Part shown: positions 27,266 to 38,172 of the stretch, in pieces | How positions within the stretch are numbered: position 1 is the stretch's first letter | How the letters are laid out: each line of letters begins with the position of its first letter | Assembly: GCA_965224085.1 (NCBI GenBank) | Contig: CBDCYI010000005.1 | Span: 1,472,001-1,536,000, forward strand | Source of the DNA: Candidatus Marinacidobacterales bacterium | Lineage (GTDB): Bacteria > Acidobacteriota > Vicinamibacteria > Marinacidobacterales > SMYC01 | Direction: 5' to 3' | Length of the DNA stretch: 64,000 bases | Made by a program: the position numbers and the translations under genes | The notes under the pieces: model-generated | Databases searched by the model: none | What the model saw: only the letters and a program-made list of their open reading frames with translations | What the model was told of the DNA's origin: nothing

Positions 27266-27991
27266 ATGAAAGCTGAAATCACAAACCTTGTGAAGTTGCA
27301 GAAGCTCGACGACGTGATCAGAGCGCTCGAATCCCGGCTCGCGGAAATTCCGAAAGAAGTCGAAACGCTCGAAAAAGAGATTGCGACCGAGAAAGAGAAT
27401 CTGAAAGCGGCTGAGGAAGGCCTCGCGGAAGCGCAGAAAGACCAGCGGGCCGCGGAAGGCGTGCTCGCGATCGCCGAAGAGAAGCTCGGCAAGTATCAAG
27501 ACCAGCTCATGAACGTGAAGTCGAACGACGAGTACAAAGCGATGCAGCGCCAAATCGACGTCACCAAAGGCGAGATCAGCAATGTCGAGACCAAGATCCT
27601 GCAAGGGCTCGATGCTATCGAAGAACTCGACGGGAAGCGTGCGGCGCGGGGGCAAGAGCTCGAAGAAGGACAGAAGAAAGTCGCGGGGATGGAAAAAGAG
27701 CTCGACGGCGAAAAGGCCACGCTAGAGGACGAGCTCGCGACGCGAAACGACGGGCGCAAGAAAGTGTTCGGCGTTATCCCCGAGGGTCTGCTCGCCGAAT
27801 ATCAGAACATCGCGAAGACCCGCGGCGGGGTTGCAATGGCGGCGGCTGCCGAGGAGCGCTGCCAAGTCTGTATGGTGCGCGTCCGACCACAAGTCTTTCA
27901 CGAGCTCCGCTTGTTCGAGAAGCTCCATCTCTGTGGGAGCTGCGGCCGTATTCTTTACTTCTTGGAAGAAGAGCAGGCGGCAGCTACTTGA
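27266..27991 (+). CDS. coiled-coil protein with C4 zinc ribbon (DUF164/CT398-like)
   Basis: LQKLD start, long coiled coil, CQVC...CGSCGRILY. Confidence 0.9.
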   Translation: MKAEITNLVKLQKLDDVIRALESRLAEIPKEVETLEKEIATEKENLKAAEEGLAEAQKDQRAAEGVLAIAEEKLGKYQDQLMNVKSNDEYKAMQRQIDVTKGEISNVETKILQGLDAIEELDGKRAARGQELEEGQKKVAGMEKELDGEKATLEDELATRNDGRKKVFGVIPEGLLAEYQNIAKTRGGVAMAAAAEERCQVCMVRVRPQVFHELRLFEKLHLCGSCGRILYFLEEEQAAAT

Positions 27992-28700
27992 CGGCAATGA
28001 CCCCCATGAGCCGGCCCACCCCCTCGCCTTCCCGCCGATAAGAATAGAACCGGTCGTTCTCGCACATCGTGCAGCGGCCGCTGTCGTAAATTTGCGCTTC
28101 CGGAATCCCGCATGCGACGAGCTGATTGCAATTATCCGCGATCAAATCGACGTGGCGCCGTCCGCGCAAGCCCTCTCTCGAGATGCGCTTCAGCCTTCGG
28201 CCTGCGGCGCGAAAGGCTTCCACGACTTCGTCCCCCACTTCGAAACAGCAAGCGCGGATCGACGGGCCGATGGCAACGTGAATCCTCTCAGGGCGGCCAC
28301 CGAGCGAGCACACCGCTTCTTCCGCCACGCGCGCTAGAGTCCCCCGCCATCCAGCGTGGACCGCGGCGACCGCGTTCACGTCCGAAGCCCAAAAGAGCAG
28401 CGGCACGCAGTCCGCGGTGTGAACGATGAGGCCGAGGTCCCGCTCTTTCGTTGTAACACCGTCGCATTCAGGCACGTCCTCATTTCCGTCGATGGTCCTT
28501 ATAGAGCGGCCATGGACCTGTTTCATATAAGCGAGGCGGGGAAGGTTCAACGCTCGCGATAACTGCTCTCGATCGTGGTCACCCCGGTAGCGTGCGCCGA
28601 AACCATGGGCGCGGCTGGTGAAGCCGTGCGGCACGCCCTCTCGGGAAAGGTGCTCCGACATCAAAAGCACAACACCGCCGTGAGTTGCCGAAACGAACAT
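27984..28700 (-). CDS. pgeF: PgeF/YfiH-family protein
   Basis: QVHG, TADCVPLL, HAGWRG, IGPSI..CCFEVG, FYSYRR; start approximate. Confidence 0.92.
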   Translation of the reverse strand: MFVSATHGGVVLLMSEHLSREGVPHGFTSRAHGFGARYRGDHDREQLSRALNLPRLAYMKQVHGRSIRTIDGNEDVPECDGVTTKERDLGLIVHTADCVPLLFWASDVNAVAAVHAGWRGTLARVAEEAVCSLGGRPERIHVAIGPSIRACCFEVGDEVVEAFRAAGRRLKRISREGLRGRRHVDLIADNCNQLVACGIPEAQIYDSGRCTMCENDRFYSYRREGEGVGRLMGVIAVK

Positions 28701-28732
28701 TTTCTGTCTAGTGCTCACTCGCTCTGACCAGT

Positions 28733-30370
28733 TCAAGCGGGCGCGAGGGCCGCGGCCTGCGCTTTGTCGTACTGGCTTTCTAGAAGCTCGGCCTTCATGC
28801 CGTTATCGATGTATCCCCACGGAAGGCTCTCCCTCGGCGAGCGCTCAGAATAGATATAGGCGTCGAGATCGAGGCCGGCCTCCTTCATTGCGGGCCTCAG
28901 TTCCGCTTCGCCGCGGGCTATACGGATTAGAACCGGCGCGACACGGTGGTCGCCGACGGATAGAAGCGCTTGCAGCGTCTCGAGGCGCGCGGATTTGAAG
29001 TTGGCGTCTACGTTCGGCATGCGCGCGAAAGCCTTTTTGAGCTTCTGCATCTTGCGCGCAAGCAAGGACGGCTTCTCCATCGCGTGCCATTGAAACGGGG
29101 TCCCGGGCTTGGGAATGAATGGGTTGACGCTCGGGATGAGGCGGCCGACGCGGCCGCGCGGTCGGCCATGGGCTAAAAGTTGCTCGCGGACACGGCCGAC
29201 GAGATCGATGATGCCGTCAATGTCTTCGTCGCCCTCGGTGGGAAGGCCGACCATCAAGTAGAGCTTCAAGTTCTCGATCCCGCGTCGGAAGATGAGCTCG
29301 GTTTTCTCGAGAATCTGTTCGTTGGTCACGCGCTTGTGAATCGCGAAACGCAAGCGATCGGTGCCGACTTCCGGAGCGACGGCGAGCGTCTTTTCACCGC
29401 TCATAGAGATCGGGTCCAAAAGCTCGGCGCGCAAGTCCTCGAAGCGCAGCGACGAGACACTAATTCGATAGCCCATCTCTAGGAGCGCTTCCGCCAGCGG
29501 GACGATCTCCTTGTGTGCACCCACCGCGGTGGAGACGAGACCAATCTGGTCGGTGTGCTGGCGAGCGTCGCGCGCAACGTGGAGGATTCTCTGGACTTCG
29601 AAAGAGCGCTTCGGCAGATAGTTGTAGCCTGCCCAGCAGAATCGGCAGAGCGTGGGGCAGCCGCGCGAGACCTCGACGAGAAACTTGCTGGACATCTCCG
29701 TCGACGGCGTGAGCACATAAGTGGCCGGTGGAGGAAAATCCGCACGCTTACCCATTTTCGCCCGCACGAGGGTCGAGTCCCGCCGCAGCGATGGGACGTA
29801 AAAACCCTCTTCCGCGGCAAGGCGGTCGAGCTTCGCGGCACGCTCGCTCGCGCTTCGAAGCACGTCGGTGAGCGTCGGCAAAAGAGCCTCGGCTTCCCCG
29901 ATCGCGACGAGGTCCAGAAGAGGCGCCATGGGCTCGGGGTTCAAGAACGTAATGGGACCGCCTGCAAGGACGAGTGGATCGCGCAGGTCCCGCGCGGACG
30001 CGAGAGCGGGAAGGCCGGCCAGGTCCAAGATACGGACGAGGTTCACTTCGTCGGGCTCGAAGGTAATCGAAAACGCCAGGACGTCGAAGTCGCGCACGGG
30101 CGACTGCGTCTCGAGCGAGAGGAGCGGGGTCCGCGAGCGGCTATATTCATCGAGTTCGTCCGCGTCGGGCAGGAACACGCGTTCGCACACGACGTCGGGA
30201 AGCTCGTTCCAGAACTTGTAGACCGCCTGGAAGCCGACATTCGACATTCCGACGTGGTAGCGGTTCGGGTAAGCGAGTGCGATGCGAAGCCTGCCGCCAT
30301 GCGGTTTGACGATGGTGCCCACCTCGGACGCCAGGCGGGTTTTTTGACGGCCGGCAAGAAAGTGATTCAT
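28733..30370 (-). CDS. radical SAM protein with B12-binding-like N-terminal domain
   Basis: YPNRYHVGMSNVG, EVSRGCPTLCRFC (CxxxCxxC), YLMVGLPTE, FIPKPGTPFQW. Confidence 0.88.
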   Translation of the reverse strand: MNHFLAGRQKTRLASEVGTIVKPHGGRLRIALAYPNRYHVGMSNVGFQAVYKFWNELPDVVCERVFLPDADELDEYSRSRTPLLSLETQSPVRDFDVLAFSITFEPDEVNLVRILDLAGLPALASARDLRDPLVLAGGPITFLNPEPMAPLLDLVAIGEAEALLPTLTDVLRSASERAAKLDRLAAEEGFYVPSLRRDSTLVRAKMGKRADFPPPATYVLTPSTEMSSKFLVEVSRGCPTLCRFCWAGYNYLPKRSFEVQRILHVARDARQHTDQIGLVSTAVGAHKEIVPLAEALLEMGYRISVSSLRFEDLRAELLDPISMSGEKTLAVAPEVGTDRLRFAIHKRVTNEQILEKTELIFRRGIENLKLYLMVGLPTEGDEDIDGIIDLVGRVREQLLAHGRPRGRVGRLIPSVNPFIPKPGTPFQWHAMEKPSLLARKMQKLKKAFARMPNVDANFKSARLETLQALLSVGDHRVAPVLIRIARGEAELRPAMKEAGLDLDAYIYSERSPRESLPWGYIDNGMKAELLESQYDKAQAAALAPA

Positions 30371-30419
30371 GAAGCTACCATTATAGCGAGTCGTCAGGAA
30401 TCAGGGAGTCAGGCCGCGG

Positions 30420-32039
30420 TCAATACCTCCAGCTCGTCAGATCCGCTCCCTCGGGCGCGCTCTTCTCCATTCTCTCGACCGCGAGCGGGATAAACATCTG
30501 GTTGTAGCGAAGCCGCGAGAGCGCGTTCGATCGTGTGTGGTCGCCGTTCCAGCAATGCTCGGCGCGGTCGCCATAGTCGATCACACCGTCGTAAGGAGGA
30601 TTCGAGGTGTCTTCGAGAAAGTCTTCGATGAGATAGACGGCATTGTTCAGGTAGTAGTTGTCCATGTCGCCGACATAGATGTGGATCTTGCCTTCGAGCC
30701 GCGGCCCGAGCGTCGCCCAGTCGCGCTGAAGGATGTAGGACAGGTCGTAGTTCTCGCGCCAATATTGGGAGACTTCTTCGTCGATGTCGCCGGTCTGCTT
30801 GTCCCAGATGCGCATCGGGTAGCCTTCTGGGCCGACGGGAGAATAGACCGCCTCCCAAATATCCCACTGTTGCCCCGAGCGGCTCTTCGTTCCCAGCACG
30901 AGCTCGCGCCGATTCATCTCTTCGAGCGTCGCGCTCACGTGTCCCAAGTCGTCCCGGTGACCAGGGCGTGGCGTTTTCTTGAAATCGCTGTCGAGATAGT
31001 AGGCGTTTTTGTCTTGGTAGAGATCGACGACGGTATAGGCGCGAAAGTCGATCGGGTCCGGGCAAGCCGCGAAGCAGCCGTTGTAGTCGTCCGGATAAAG
31101 AACCTGAACCGCCAGGGCTTCCCACCCGCCTGTCGAGCCGCCATACAGAAAGCGCGACCAGCCTTCACCGATGCCGCGAAATTTCTCTTCGATATATGGG
31201 ATCAGCTCGTGGGTGATGGCATCACCGTAAGGGCCCAAGTTCGCCGAGTTCACGGCGTAGGAATCGTCGTAATAGGGATTCGCATGCTGGATTTGGATGA
31301 TGAGCACCCGCGGGAAATCGGGCCCGGTCCACTCTTCGAAGAACTGATAGGCGTTGTCTTGGACAATGCGGTTATAGCCCTCGAGATCGAAGCGGGCACT
31401 GTACTCGGGCTCCAAATCCGGATCCGGCGGCTCGTCACGAAACCCGCCAAAGGTATAGGGAAAATGCCCGTGAAAGACCATCAGCGGGTAGCGCGCCTCC
31501 GGGTGCTCGTCGAAGCCTTCAGGAACGAGGACGTGTGCACCGAGATGCATCGGGCGCCCCCAGAATTCCGTGAGCAGTTTGCTCTGGATACGCACGTGTT
31601 TGATGTATTTCGTGGTGGGCGGATCGGGGATCGGCGAGATCGTCTCGTTCATGACGACGCGGATCGTCCCGCCCTTTCTCGGATAGATCTCGACATCCAC
31701 AGGGTCGTTGAGCAAGTTTCCCGGCGCCCTGTTCCACTGCTGGCCTTCGCCGCGATCCATCGGAAGCTTCACGACGTGCCCGTCCGCGCGATGGAAAGTT
31801 TCGTATTTGTGCAGTAGCGCCTGGACGCGGTAGCGGCCAGGTGGGATGTCAGCGATGCTGTCGATGGGCCAGCCTCGAACGCCGCCGCCGAAGATCACCT
31901 CTGTTCCGGGCGCGAGGCCGTTGACATCGATGCCGAACGCGATCTGGGTCGCCGGCCCATCGGCAATCTGGAAGCGCGGCTCGCGGCTCGGATCGTTCGA
32001 GATCATGAGCAGCAGCCGGCCGTCGAGCGGCGTAGCGCT
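30420..32039 (-). pseudogene. putative esterase (alpha/beta hydrolase), 5'-truncated by IS5
   Basis: GGSTGGW nucleophile elbow; the ORF runs into the IS TIR at 32040; no signal peptide remains. Confidence 0.75.
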
Positions 32040-33124
32040 GCCTTGGTGCACAACTCGCGATCTCGGTCCACAATTGTCCTTTACTCACGGATTCGAGGTT
32101 CCCCATGAGCATTTTCAAACGCACTCAGCGGAAGTATGTGAAGAAGGCCTATCGCGTGAGGAATTGGCGTGAATATGAGGCGGGTCTACGCAACCGTGGG
32201 AGCCTGACCGTCTGGATCTCGCTCACCGCCGGCAAGCTTGTGAACTGGGACGCGCCCCGGCCGAGGAGGAGGAAACCGGGCCGTCAACGCAAGTACTCGA
32301 ACCACGCCATCGAGACGGCTGTCACCCTGGGCATGGTGTTTCATCTGTCATCTAGACAGAGCGAGGGATTGCTGCGATCGTTGTTCGCTCTGATGAAGCT
32401 AGACAATGATGTGCCCGATCACACCACGATCTCGAGGCGCAAGGCGAAGCTGGGTAAGGTCCCCTTCTACCAAGACAAGCAGAAGACGCCGTTGCACATC
32501 TTGATCGACAGCAGCGGTCTCGCTGTCCACGCCGGCCAGCTGCGCAGAGCACCAAATAGCAGGGACTATCGCAAGCTCCATCTGTGTGTCGACGAGCAGA
32601 CTGGCGAAGTCGTCGCCTGCGAGCTGACGAGCAAAAGAGCCCGCGATTCATCGCGGGTTGCATCGCTTGTCAGACAGATCGACAGTCCCATCTCATAGGC
32701 CAGAGCTGACACCGCATACGACGCCAGCGGCGTCTATGAGGCAATCGAGAATCACAGCGCTCATCGCTCGCCGAGGGTGCTGATACCGCCGCGCAAGGGC
32801 GCCCAGCTCGCATCGGGGCCGGCGAGCAGCCGACAGCGCAATCGCAACATTGCAGCACAAGCTCGGCTCGGCAAACGAAAGTGGCACACAGAATCGGGCT
32901 ACAGCAAACGGAGCAAAGTCGAGACAACGTTCCATCGCTACAAGGCTATCGTGGGCTCAGCGATGCGAGCGAGAGGGTTGGCGGCACAGAGAGTCGAGGT
33001 AAGGATCGGGTGCAAGATTCTCAACACCATGACGGCGCTCGGGATGCCTGATAGCGAGATGATCGGATGATGGGAGTCGGGGCCAAGCGAGCTCTCGGCC
33101 TCTATCGGAGTTGTGCACCAAGGC
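32040..33124 (+). mobile_element. IS5 family (IS903-like) element
   Basis: Perfect 17-bp TIR GCCTTGGTGCACAACTC / GAGTTGTGCACCAAGGC; no flanking direct repeat. Confidence 0.92.
32105..33070 (+). pseudogene. IS5 transposase with in-frame TAG at 32696-32698
   Basis: YRVRNWREYEAGLRNRGSLT, IDSSG, ADTAYD, RSKVETTFHRYK all in one frame across the stop. Confidence 0.9.
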
Positions 33125-34512
33125 TCCGGAACGACGCCTACGACCCCGGCGCTGAGGACGGCGAGGGAAAGCGCCCAAACGACGGTCTCAAAGGTCACGC
33201 CCAAGTCGATCCAAAAGGGCATGAAGTCCAGCATCCAGCTGAATTGGCTCGAGATGTAATCGCCTAGCAGTAGGCCCACTCCGGCTGCCAAGACCGCGAA
33301 CACGAGCGCCTCCATGAACAGTTGGGAAACGATCCGCTTGCGACTTGCGCCTAGTGCCGTGCGCACCGCCAGCTCCCTCGACCGGGTCGCAGTGCGCGCG
33401 AAGATCAGCATTCCAACATTGGCACATGCGACCACGAGCACTAGCAGTGTAAGGACCTGGACCACGTAAAAGTCGAAGTTCGCTTGCATGCCCCCCTTTG
33501 GGAGGTCGAAAAACCCGATCGCGAACGGCACGACCTCGGGTTTTAGCCGCGCATGCGTGTCCGGAAACTCGATGGCCAAACGGCGACCCACCGTGGTTAG
33601 CTCTGCCTGAGCCTCCTCCGTCGACATGCCGTCCGACAAGCGCCCAAAGATCCGATGAGCCCGTCCTTGCCGAACCTCGTCGGGGGGCCCATTCACCTGC
33701 AGCGGTAGCCACAATTGGTCGCGGAAGGGGAAGAGGAACTCCTTTGGCATGACGCCGACCACAGTGTGCGGCGCGCGTCCGATTCGGATAGCTTTACCTA
33801 CGACGTCGCGGTCGCCGTCAAGACGCGATTGCCAAAGGTCGTACCCGATGACGACCACCGTCGGCGCACCGAACACTTCGTCCGTGGAAATGAGTGTCCG
33901 ACCGAGCAGCGGTGGCACCCGCAGGATATCGAACGCAGAGGCCGTGACCTCAGCACCCCGAATGGGTGCGGCACGCCCGTCGTCGGAGATGAGGTTATAG
34001 GAAGCCCCTATCGTCGCTGCGCCGAGAGCTTCAAACGTCGTCAACTCCTCGCGCCACATCAGAAAGTCATTCAACGACGGCGCCTCCAAGCCCGAGCTCG
34101 CCAGATTGACGTTCCTGAGCATCTGGATTCGACCGTCCTCGTCGAAAGGGAGCGAGGCTTGAACGGCGTTCACGAAATGCATCGGCGCCAAACCGGCCGG
34201 AATCGCGACCGCGAGCGCGAACACCGCAACGCACGTCAAGCCCGGGTGCTTCACGAGCAACCGCAATCCGAGCTTAACATTCAGCCAGGAGAAACCGAGG
34301 TTCGGCACCTGCCGTCGCGCACGCCAAACGCTGAATGCGGACCCGAACATGTTCACGGCATAGCGCCACCGCATACGCCACAACGGAATGCCTCGGGCGA
34401 GCTCACGCTCCAACGCATCATCCATGTCAGCCAAAATGAACGTGGCTTCGGGGCCTCGGATGAGAAAGGCTGCCAGCCGGCGCAGTACCCCGGGACCTCG
34501 AGAATCGAGCAC
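33125..34512 (-). pseudogene. ADOP/MacB-like ABC permease, 3'-truncated by IS5
   Basis: LVVACANVGML, ELAVRTALGASR; only the first of two permease halves is present. Confidence 0.85.
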
Positions 34513-34514
34513 GC

Positions 34515-34847
34515 TCAGCCCTCCGCGAGTTCGGTCAGTCTCGAGATCAGGCCACTGGCCATCGCTTGGATGGTGGAGTAGCTGGCCCTCAGCGCACGGG
34601 CACCTTCCGGTTCGAGCGAGTAATACTTCCGGGGCCGACCCGCCCGGCCCGCGATAGGCTCGCCGAGCCGCGATGTGACTAGATTCCGTTCGGCGAGGCG
34701 ACCGAGCGTAGTGTAGATGGCCCCCGAAGACACCAAACGGCCCGTCCTCCGTTCGATGGTCTCCCGGATCGCTCCACCGTAGGCATCGTCCCCGAGCTCA
34801 ACGATGGAAAACAAGATCAGTTGTTCGAATTCGCCGAGAGTGCCCAT
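34515..34847 (-). CDS. PadR family transcriptional regulator
   Basis: LGEFEQLIL, AYGGAI, GAIYTTLGRL, GRPRKYY. Confidence 0.92.
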   Translation of the reverse strand: MGTLGEFEQLILFSIVELGDDAYGGAIRETIERRTGRLVSSGAIYTTLGRLAERNLVTSRLGEPIAGRAGRPRKYYSLEPEGARALRASYSTIQAMASGLISRLTELAEG

Positions 34848-34908
34848 GCCGTTCTCCCTGTGCCCGCATTTGGAGTGCCGCCCGCCCAAAGCGTCCCATG
34901 GCGAGCAT

Positions 34909-34937
34909 ATTATACTACATTGTAGTTAAATAGTCAA
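34909..34937 (-). promoter_or_regulatory. sigma70 promoter with overlapping palindromic operator
   Basis: Minus strand TTGACT-17nt-TATAAT; ACTACA-T-TGTAGT palindrome at 34914-34926. Confidence 0.8.
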
Positions 34938-35190
34938 GATAACGCGTCCGATCGTCTGACGCATCCAGCGCCCAGGGAGGAAACGGCACCCAAAAACTCG
35001 TCTTATATCTATATACGGGAGTCGCGTTCATGATTCTGGGCTTCAAGAACTATTTCTCGCACCTCGATCGACGCACACCTGCCGAGCTTTTGGGGCGGCG
35101 GTCGCGCTCGCGCTCGCGCTCAAGAAGAAGGATCGAAGAAGAAACTCGAAAGACGCCGGAAGCGAGAAAGTCAGCGCCAAACGCTCGAAT

Positions 35191-35216
35191 TGACACCTCG
35201 CGCGCGCGAGGTGTCA
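35191..35216. repeat. perfect 26-bp palindrome
   Basis: TGACACCTCGCGCGCGCGAGGTGTCA equals its own reverse complement. Confidence 0.9.
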
Positions 35217-35519
35217 CCAAAAGTAACAGAAGCCCCCTCCCACTATGTGGCGTGGGCAGTGCGCGAGCGTGTGTTCGCTCGCGCTCCGGCTAGTCGTCTG
35301 TCGGGACGAGACGCCCGTTGCGAGAACTGCGTTTCGAAAAAGGGTAGAGACGATCCGATCCGCCGTTTTAGTGACAGACCCACGCTCGAGACGATCTCGG
35401 CGCGACCAGCTCTCCGAATCCGGAGTGGCCGGGGCACAGTTCCCTAGAGTAGTGGTTTACTATGGCGTTTGTTTAAGAGTTCGCGAGACCGTTGTTTGGA
35501 AACGCAAGCGGAGGATCCG

Positions 35520-35919
35520 ATGAAAAACCGAGCATCGATGTGGGCGATACTAGCGGCAATTATCGTCTTCGGGAGCCATGCAATAAGCGGGGCGCTAGCT
35601 GGAGTCAATATCACTAGTCCACTACCTCCAATTCTCGAGAATCAGGAAATGCGGAATTGTTACTGTGGATCTCGCCTCGGGACAGTCCTCTCCGCCGCAT
35701 CGCCACAACGCTCATGTGTTCGTGTACGTGTTGGAGGGCACCGTAGAGATGCAAGTGCGCGGCGGCCCATTGACTCGGCTGCGACCAGGCGACACTTTTT
35801 ATGAATCACCAGACAACATTCATGAGGTCTCGAGAAACGCGAGCACGACGGAAACGGCGAAGTTCTTGGTACACATGCTCAAGACCGTCGGCGCTCCAAC
35901 CAGTGTCCCCGTCGAGTGA
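35520..35919 (+). pseudogene. secreted cupin domain protein, frameshifted near 35655
   Basis: Signal peptide in one frame; PPHRHNAHVFVYVLEG...PGDTFYE..IH in the next frame. Confidence 0.75.
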
Positions 35920-36015
35920 CGGAGGGGCAGCGCTAGACGTTCCGAGCGGCGTCCTTTCGATGTATTTGAAAAGCCCCCACTAACCACGCAAAGGGAAAGG
36001 AGCTCTGGACGAGCG

Positions 36016-36101
36016 CTCAATAACCTGACGTCATTTCGCGCGGAAGGCGGAACGCTAGCTCAATAACCTGACGTCATTTCGCGCGGAAGGCGGAACGCTA
36101 G
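36016..36101. repeat. 43-bp exact tandem duplication of a gene 3' end
   Basis: CTCAATAACCTGACGTCATTTCGCGCGGAAGGCGGAACGCTAG at 36016-36058 and 36059-36101. Confidence 0.95.
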
Positions 36102-38090
36102 TAGCTCGCCGGAATAGCCCGCGCCGCTGACCGCGACAACTAGATACTGCTGGCCCTCCACCATGTAGGTCATCGGCGAGCCGGTTTGGGGTGCGGGCAT
36201 GTAAACGGCACCGACTTCCTTTCCAGTGGCTTTATCATAAGCGCGCAGCATCGCGCCGCGAACGCGCGACGGCGTCGGCCCGAAGCTGCTCTCGCCCGCG
36301 ATGAGCAAGGTTTTGGTGACTAGCGTTCCCACACTTCCGGCTCGTCCGGTGCGCGGAATCGTCACACCTTCGAGCGCGGGGTGACGGCGAATGAAGTTCG
36401 GAGTGTCTCCGTGCGCCACCTGCCAGAGGATCTCACCTCGGTCCAAGTCGATGGCGGTGATTTGTCCGTACGGCGGCTTGACGAGCGGGAGCCCTCGCAC
36501 GTCGAGTCTCGCGCGGGTCCCGACGCCGCTGCCTTCCGAGCCGGCGCCTCCCGAGCGCCGCACGCCGGTGAGAACCGTGCCTTGATGGTAGCGGAACTCG
36601 GTAACCTCTTCGGGCGGCGGCATGAGGCCGAGCATCGAGAGCTCTCTCTGCGACGATACGTACAAGACATGCGTTTCGGGATCGTACGAGCCGCCTTGCC
36701 AGTTGGTGGCGGCGCGCTGGGCGGCGAGCGCGAGCGTCGCGATAGGGCCCTCCGCTTTGCTGAGCACGGGCGGTGTGAAGATGGGGCCGATACGGTACTT
36801 CGAAACGAGCGCTTCGGCTTCGGCCCGCAGCTCGGGGGTGAAGTCGATGAGGTCGTCGATCGCGAGACCTTGACGGTCGTAGGCGGGAGGACGTGTCGGA
36901 TGCGGCTGGGTAGGGGAGTACCATTCGCCGGGGACGTCGCCACGCGGAACGGGACGCTCCTCGATGGGCCACACCGGCTCGCCGGTCTCGCGGTCCAAGA
37001 CGTAGAGAAAGCCTTGCTTGGTCGGCTGAGCGAGCGCTTTGATAGCGCGACCGTCGACTTCGATGTCGGCGAGGATTGGCGCGCAGGGAATGTCCATATC
37101 CCAGATGCCGTGGTGCACGAGCTGGAAGTGCCAGCGGCGCTCGCCCGTCTCGATGTCGACGGCGACAATGCTCTCGCTGTAGAGGTTTTTGCCGGGCCGG
37201 TCACCGCCATAGTAATCGCCGGTGGGAAGCTCGACCGGGAGATAAGCGAGCCCGAGCGATGCGTCGGCGGACAACTGCGCCCACACGCCGGCGTTTCCAG
37301 TGTACTTGGCGGAGCCGTTCTCCCACGTGTCGTAGCCGTGCTCACCCGGGCGCGGAATCGTATGAAAGATCCATCGGCGCCGTCCTGTCCGTACGTCGTA
37401 ACCGCGCACATAACCCTTCACGTTTTTCCGGCTCTGTGGGTTCGCGCCCGTCTCGTGCGCGGCGCCTACGATCACGACCTCACCGGCCACCAGGGGCGAA
37501 GCATGGAGCCCGACGGCACCGCCTAGCGGATCGACCTCCTGATCGAAGTCCCTCTTGAGATCGACCAGCCCGTCGATTCCGAACTCGGGCGTGCGGCGTC
37601 CTGTCTTCGCGTCGATCGACACGAGCTGGTACCCGGGCGTGACGTACAGGATGCGGCCTTCGGTGCCGTCGCTCCAATAGGAAAGGCCGCGGCCCGAGTA
37701 CCGACGCGGCGCGGCTTCACCCCGCGCGCCCTCGTTCTCGCGGTGCATCCAAATCATCTCACCCGTTCGGGCGTCGAGGGCGACCACGGCCCGGCGCGTG
37801 CCCGCGGTCGAGTAGACCACGCCCTCCACCATCAAAGGCGTCGATTGAAACATGTACTCCGGCCGGGGACCCAGAAAGTCCGTCTTCAAGCGCCAGGCGA
37901 TCTCAAGCTCTTCGAAGTTCGAGGCGTTGATCTGGTCGAGCGGCGCGTAACGCGTGGACGCGAGATCGGCGCCGTAGGCTCGCCACTCGTGCTCTATTGG
38001 CGCGGGGCTCGATTGGGCAGACGACGAAGGGCTCACCCAGGAACCAGTAAACGTGGCGAAGAGAAGCAACAGGGCCGGACGACCGCTCAT
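36060..38090 (-). CDS. periplasmic PQQ-dependent dehydrogenase (glucose/quinate/shikimate-like)
   Basis: TRYAPLDQIN, QLVHHGIWDMD, TGEPVWPIEERPVP, KPPYG, GSPMTY; signal peptide. Confidence 0.9.
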   Translation of the reverse strand: MSGRPALLLLFATFTGSWVSPSSSAQSSPAPIEHEWRAYGADLASTRYAPLDQINASNFEELEIAWRLKTDFLGPRPEYMFQSTPLMVEGVVYSTAGTRRAVVALDARTGEMIWMHRENEGARGEAAPRRYSGRGLSYWSDGTEGRILYVTPGYQLVSIDAKTGRRTPEFGIDGLVDLKRDFDQEVDPLGGAVGLHASPLVAGEVVIVGAAHETGANPQSRKNVKGYVRGYDVRTGRRRWIFHTIPRPGEHGYDTWENGSAKYTGNAGVWAQLSADASLGLAYLPVELPTGDYYGGDRPGKNLYSESIVAVDIETGERRWHFQLVHHGIWDMDIPCAPILADIEVDGRAIKALAQPTKQGFLYVLDRETGEPVWPIEERPVPRGDVPGEWYSPTQPHPTRPPAYDRQGLAIDDLIDFTPELRAEAEALVSKYRIGPIFTPPVLSKAEGPIATLALAAQRAATNWQGGSYDPETHVLYVSSQRELSMLGLMPPPEEVTEFRYHQGTVLTGVRRSGGAGSEGSGVGTRARLDVRGLPLVKPPYGQITAIDLDRGEILWQVAHGDTPNFIRRHPALEGVTIPRTGRAGSVGTLVTKTLLIAGESSFGPTPSRVRGAMLRAYDKATGKEVGAVYMPAPQTGSPMTYMVEGQQYLVVAVSGAGYSGELLAFRLPREMTSGY

Positions 38091-38172
38091 GAGAACGATT
38101 CGTAACACAAGCGACCCGCGAGAGGGAAGTCGAAGCCAGGCCAAAATTGTGGACTCATAGCTCTTAATTAAA

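Noticed and set aside
32696-32698. Pyrrolysine or programmed read-through of the in-frame TAG in the IS5 transposase
   Set aside because: The aligned position in the intact paralog (42799-43761) is Ser (TCG), so a single C>A nonsense change explains it; no pyl genes seen
35030-35293. 87-aa ORF with faint likeness (LDRRTPAE) to IS3-type transposase C-termini
   Set aside because: Similarity too short and followed by low-complexity sequence; cannot be supported without a search
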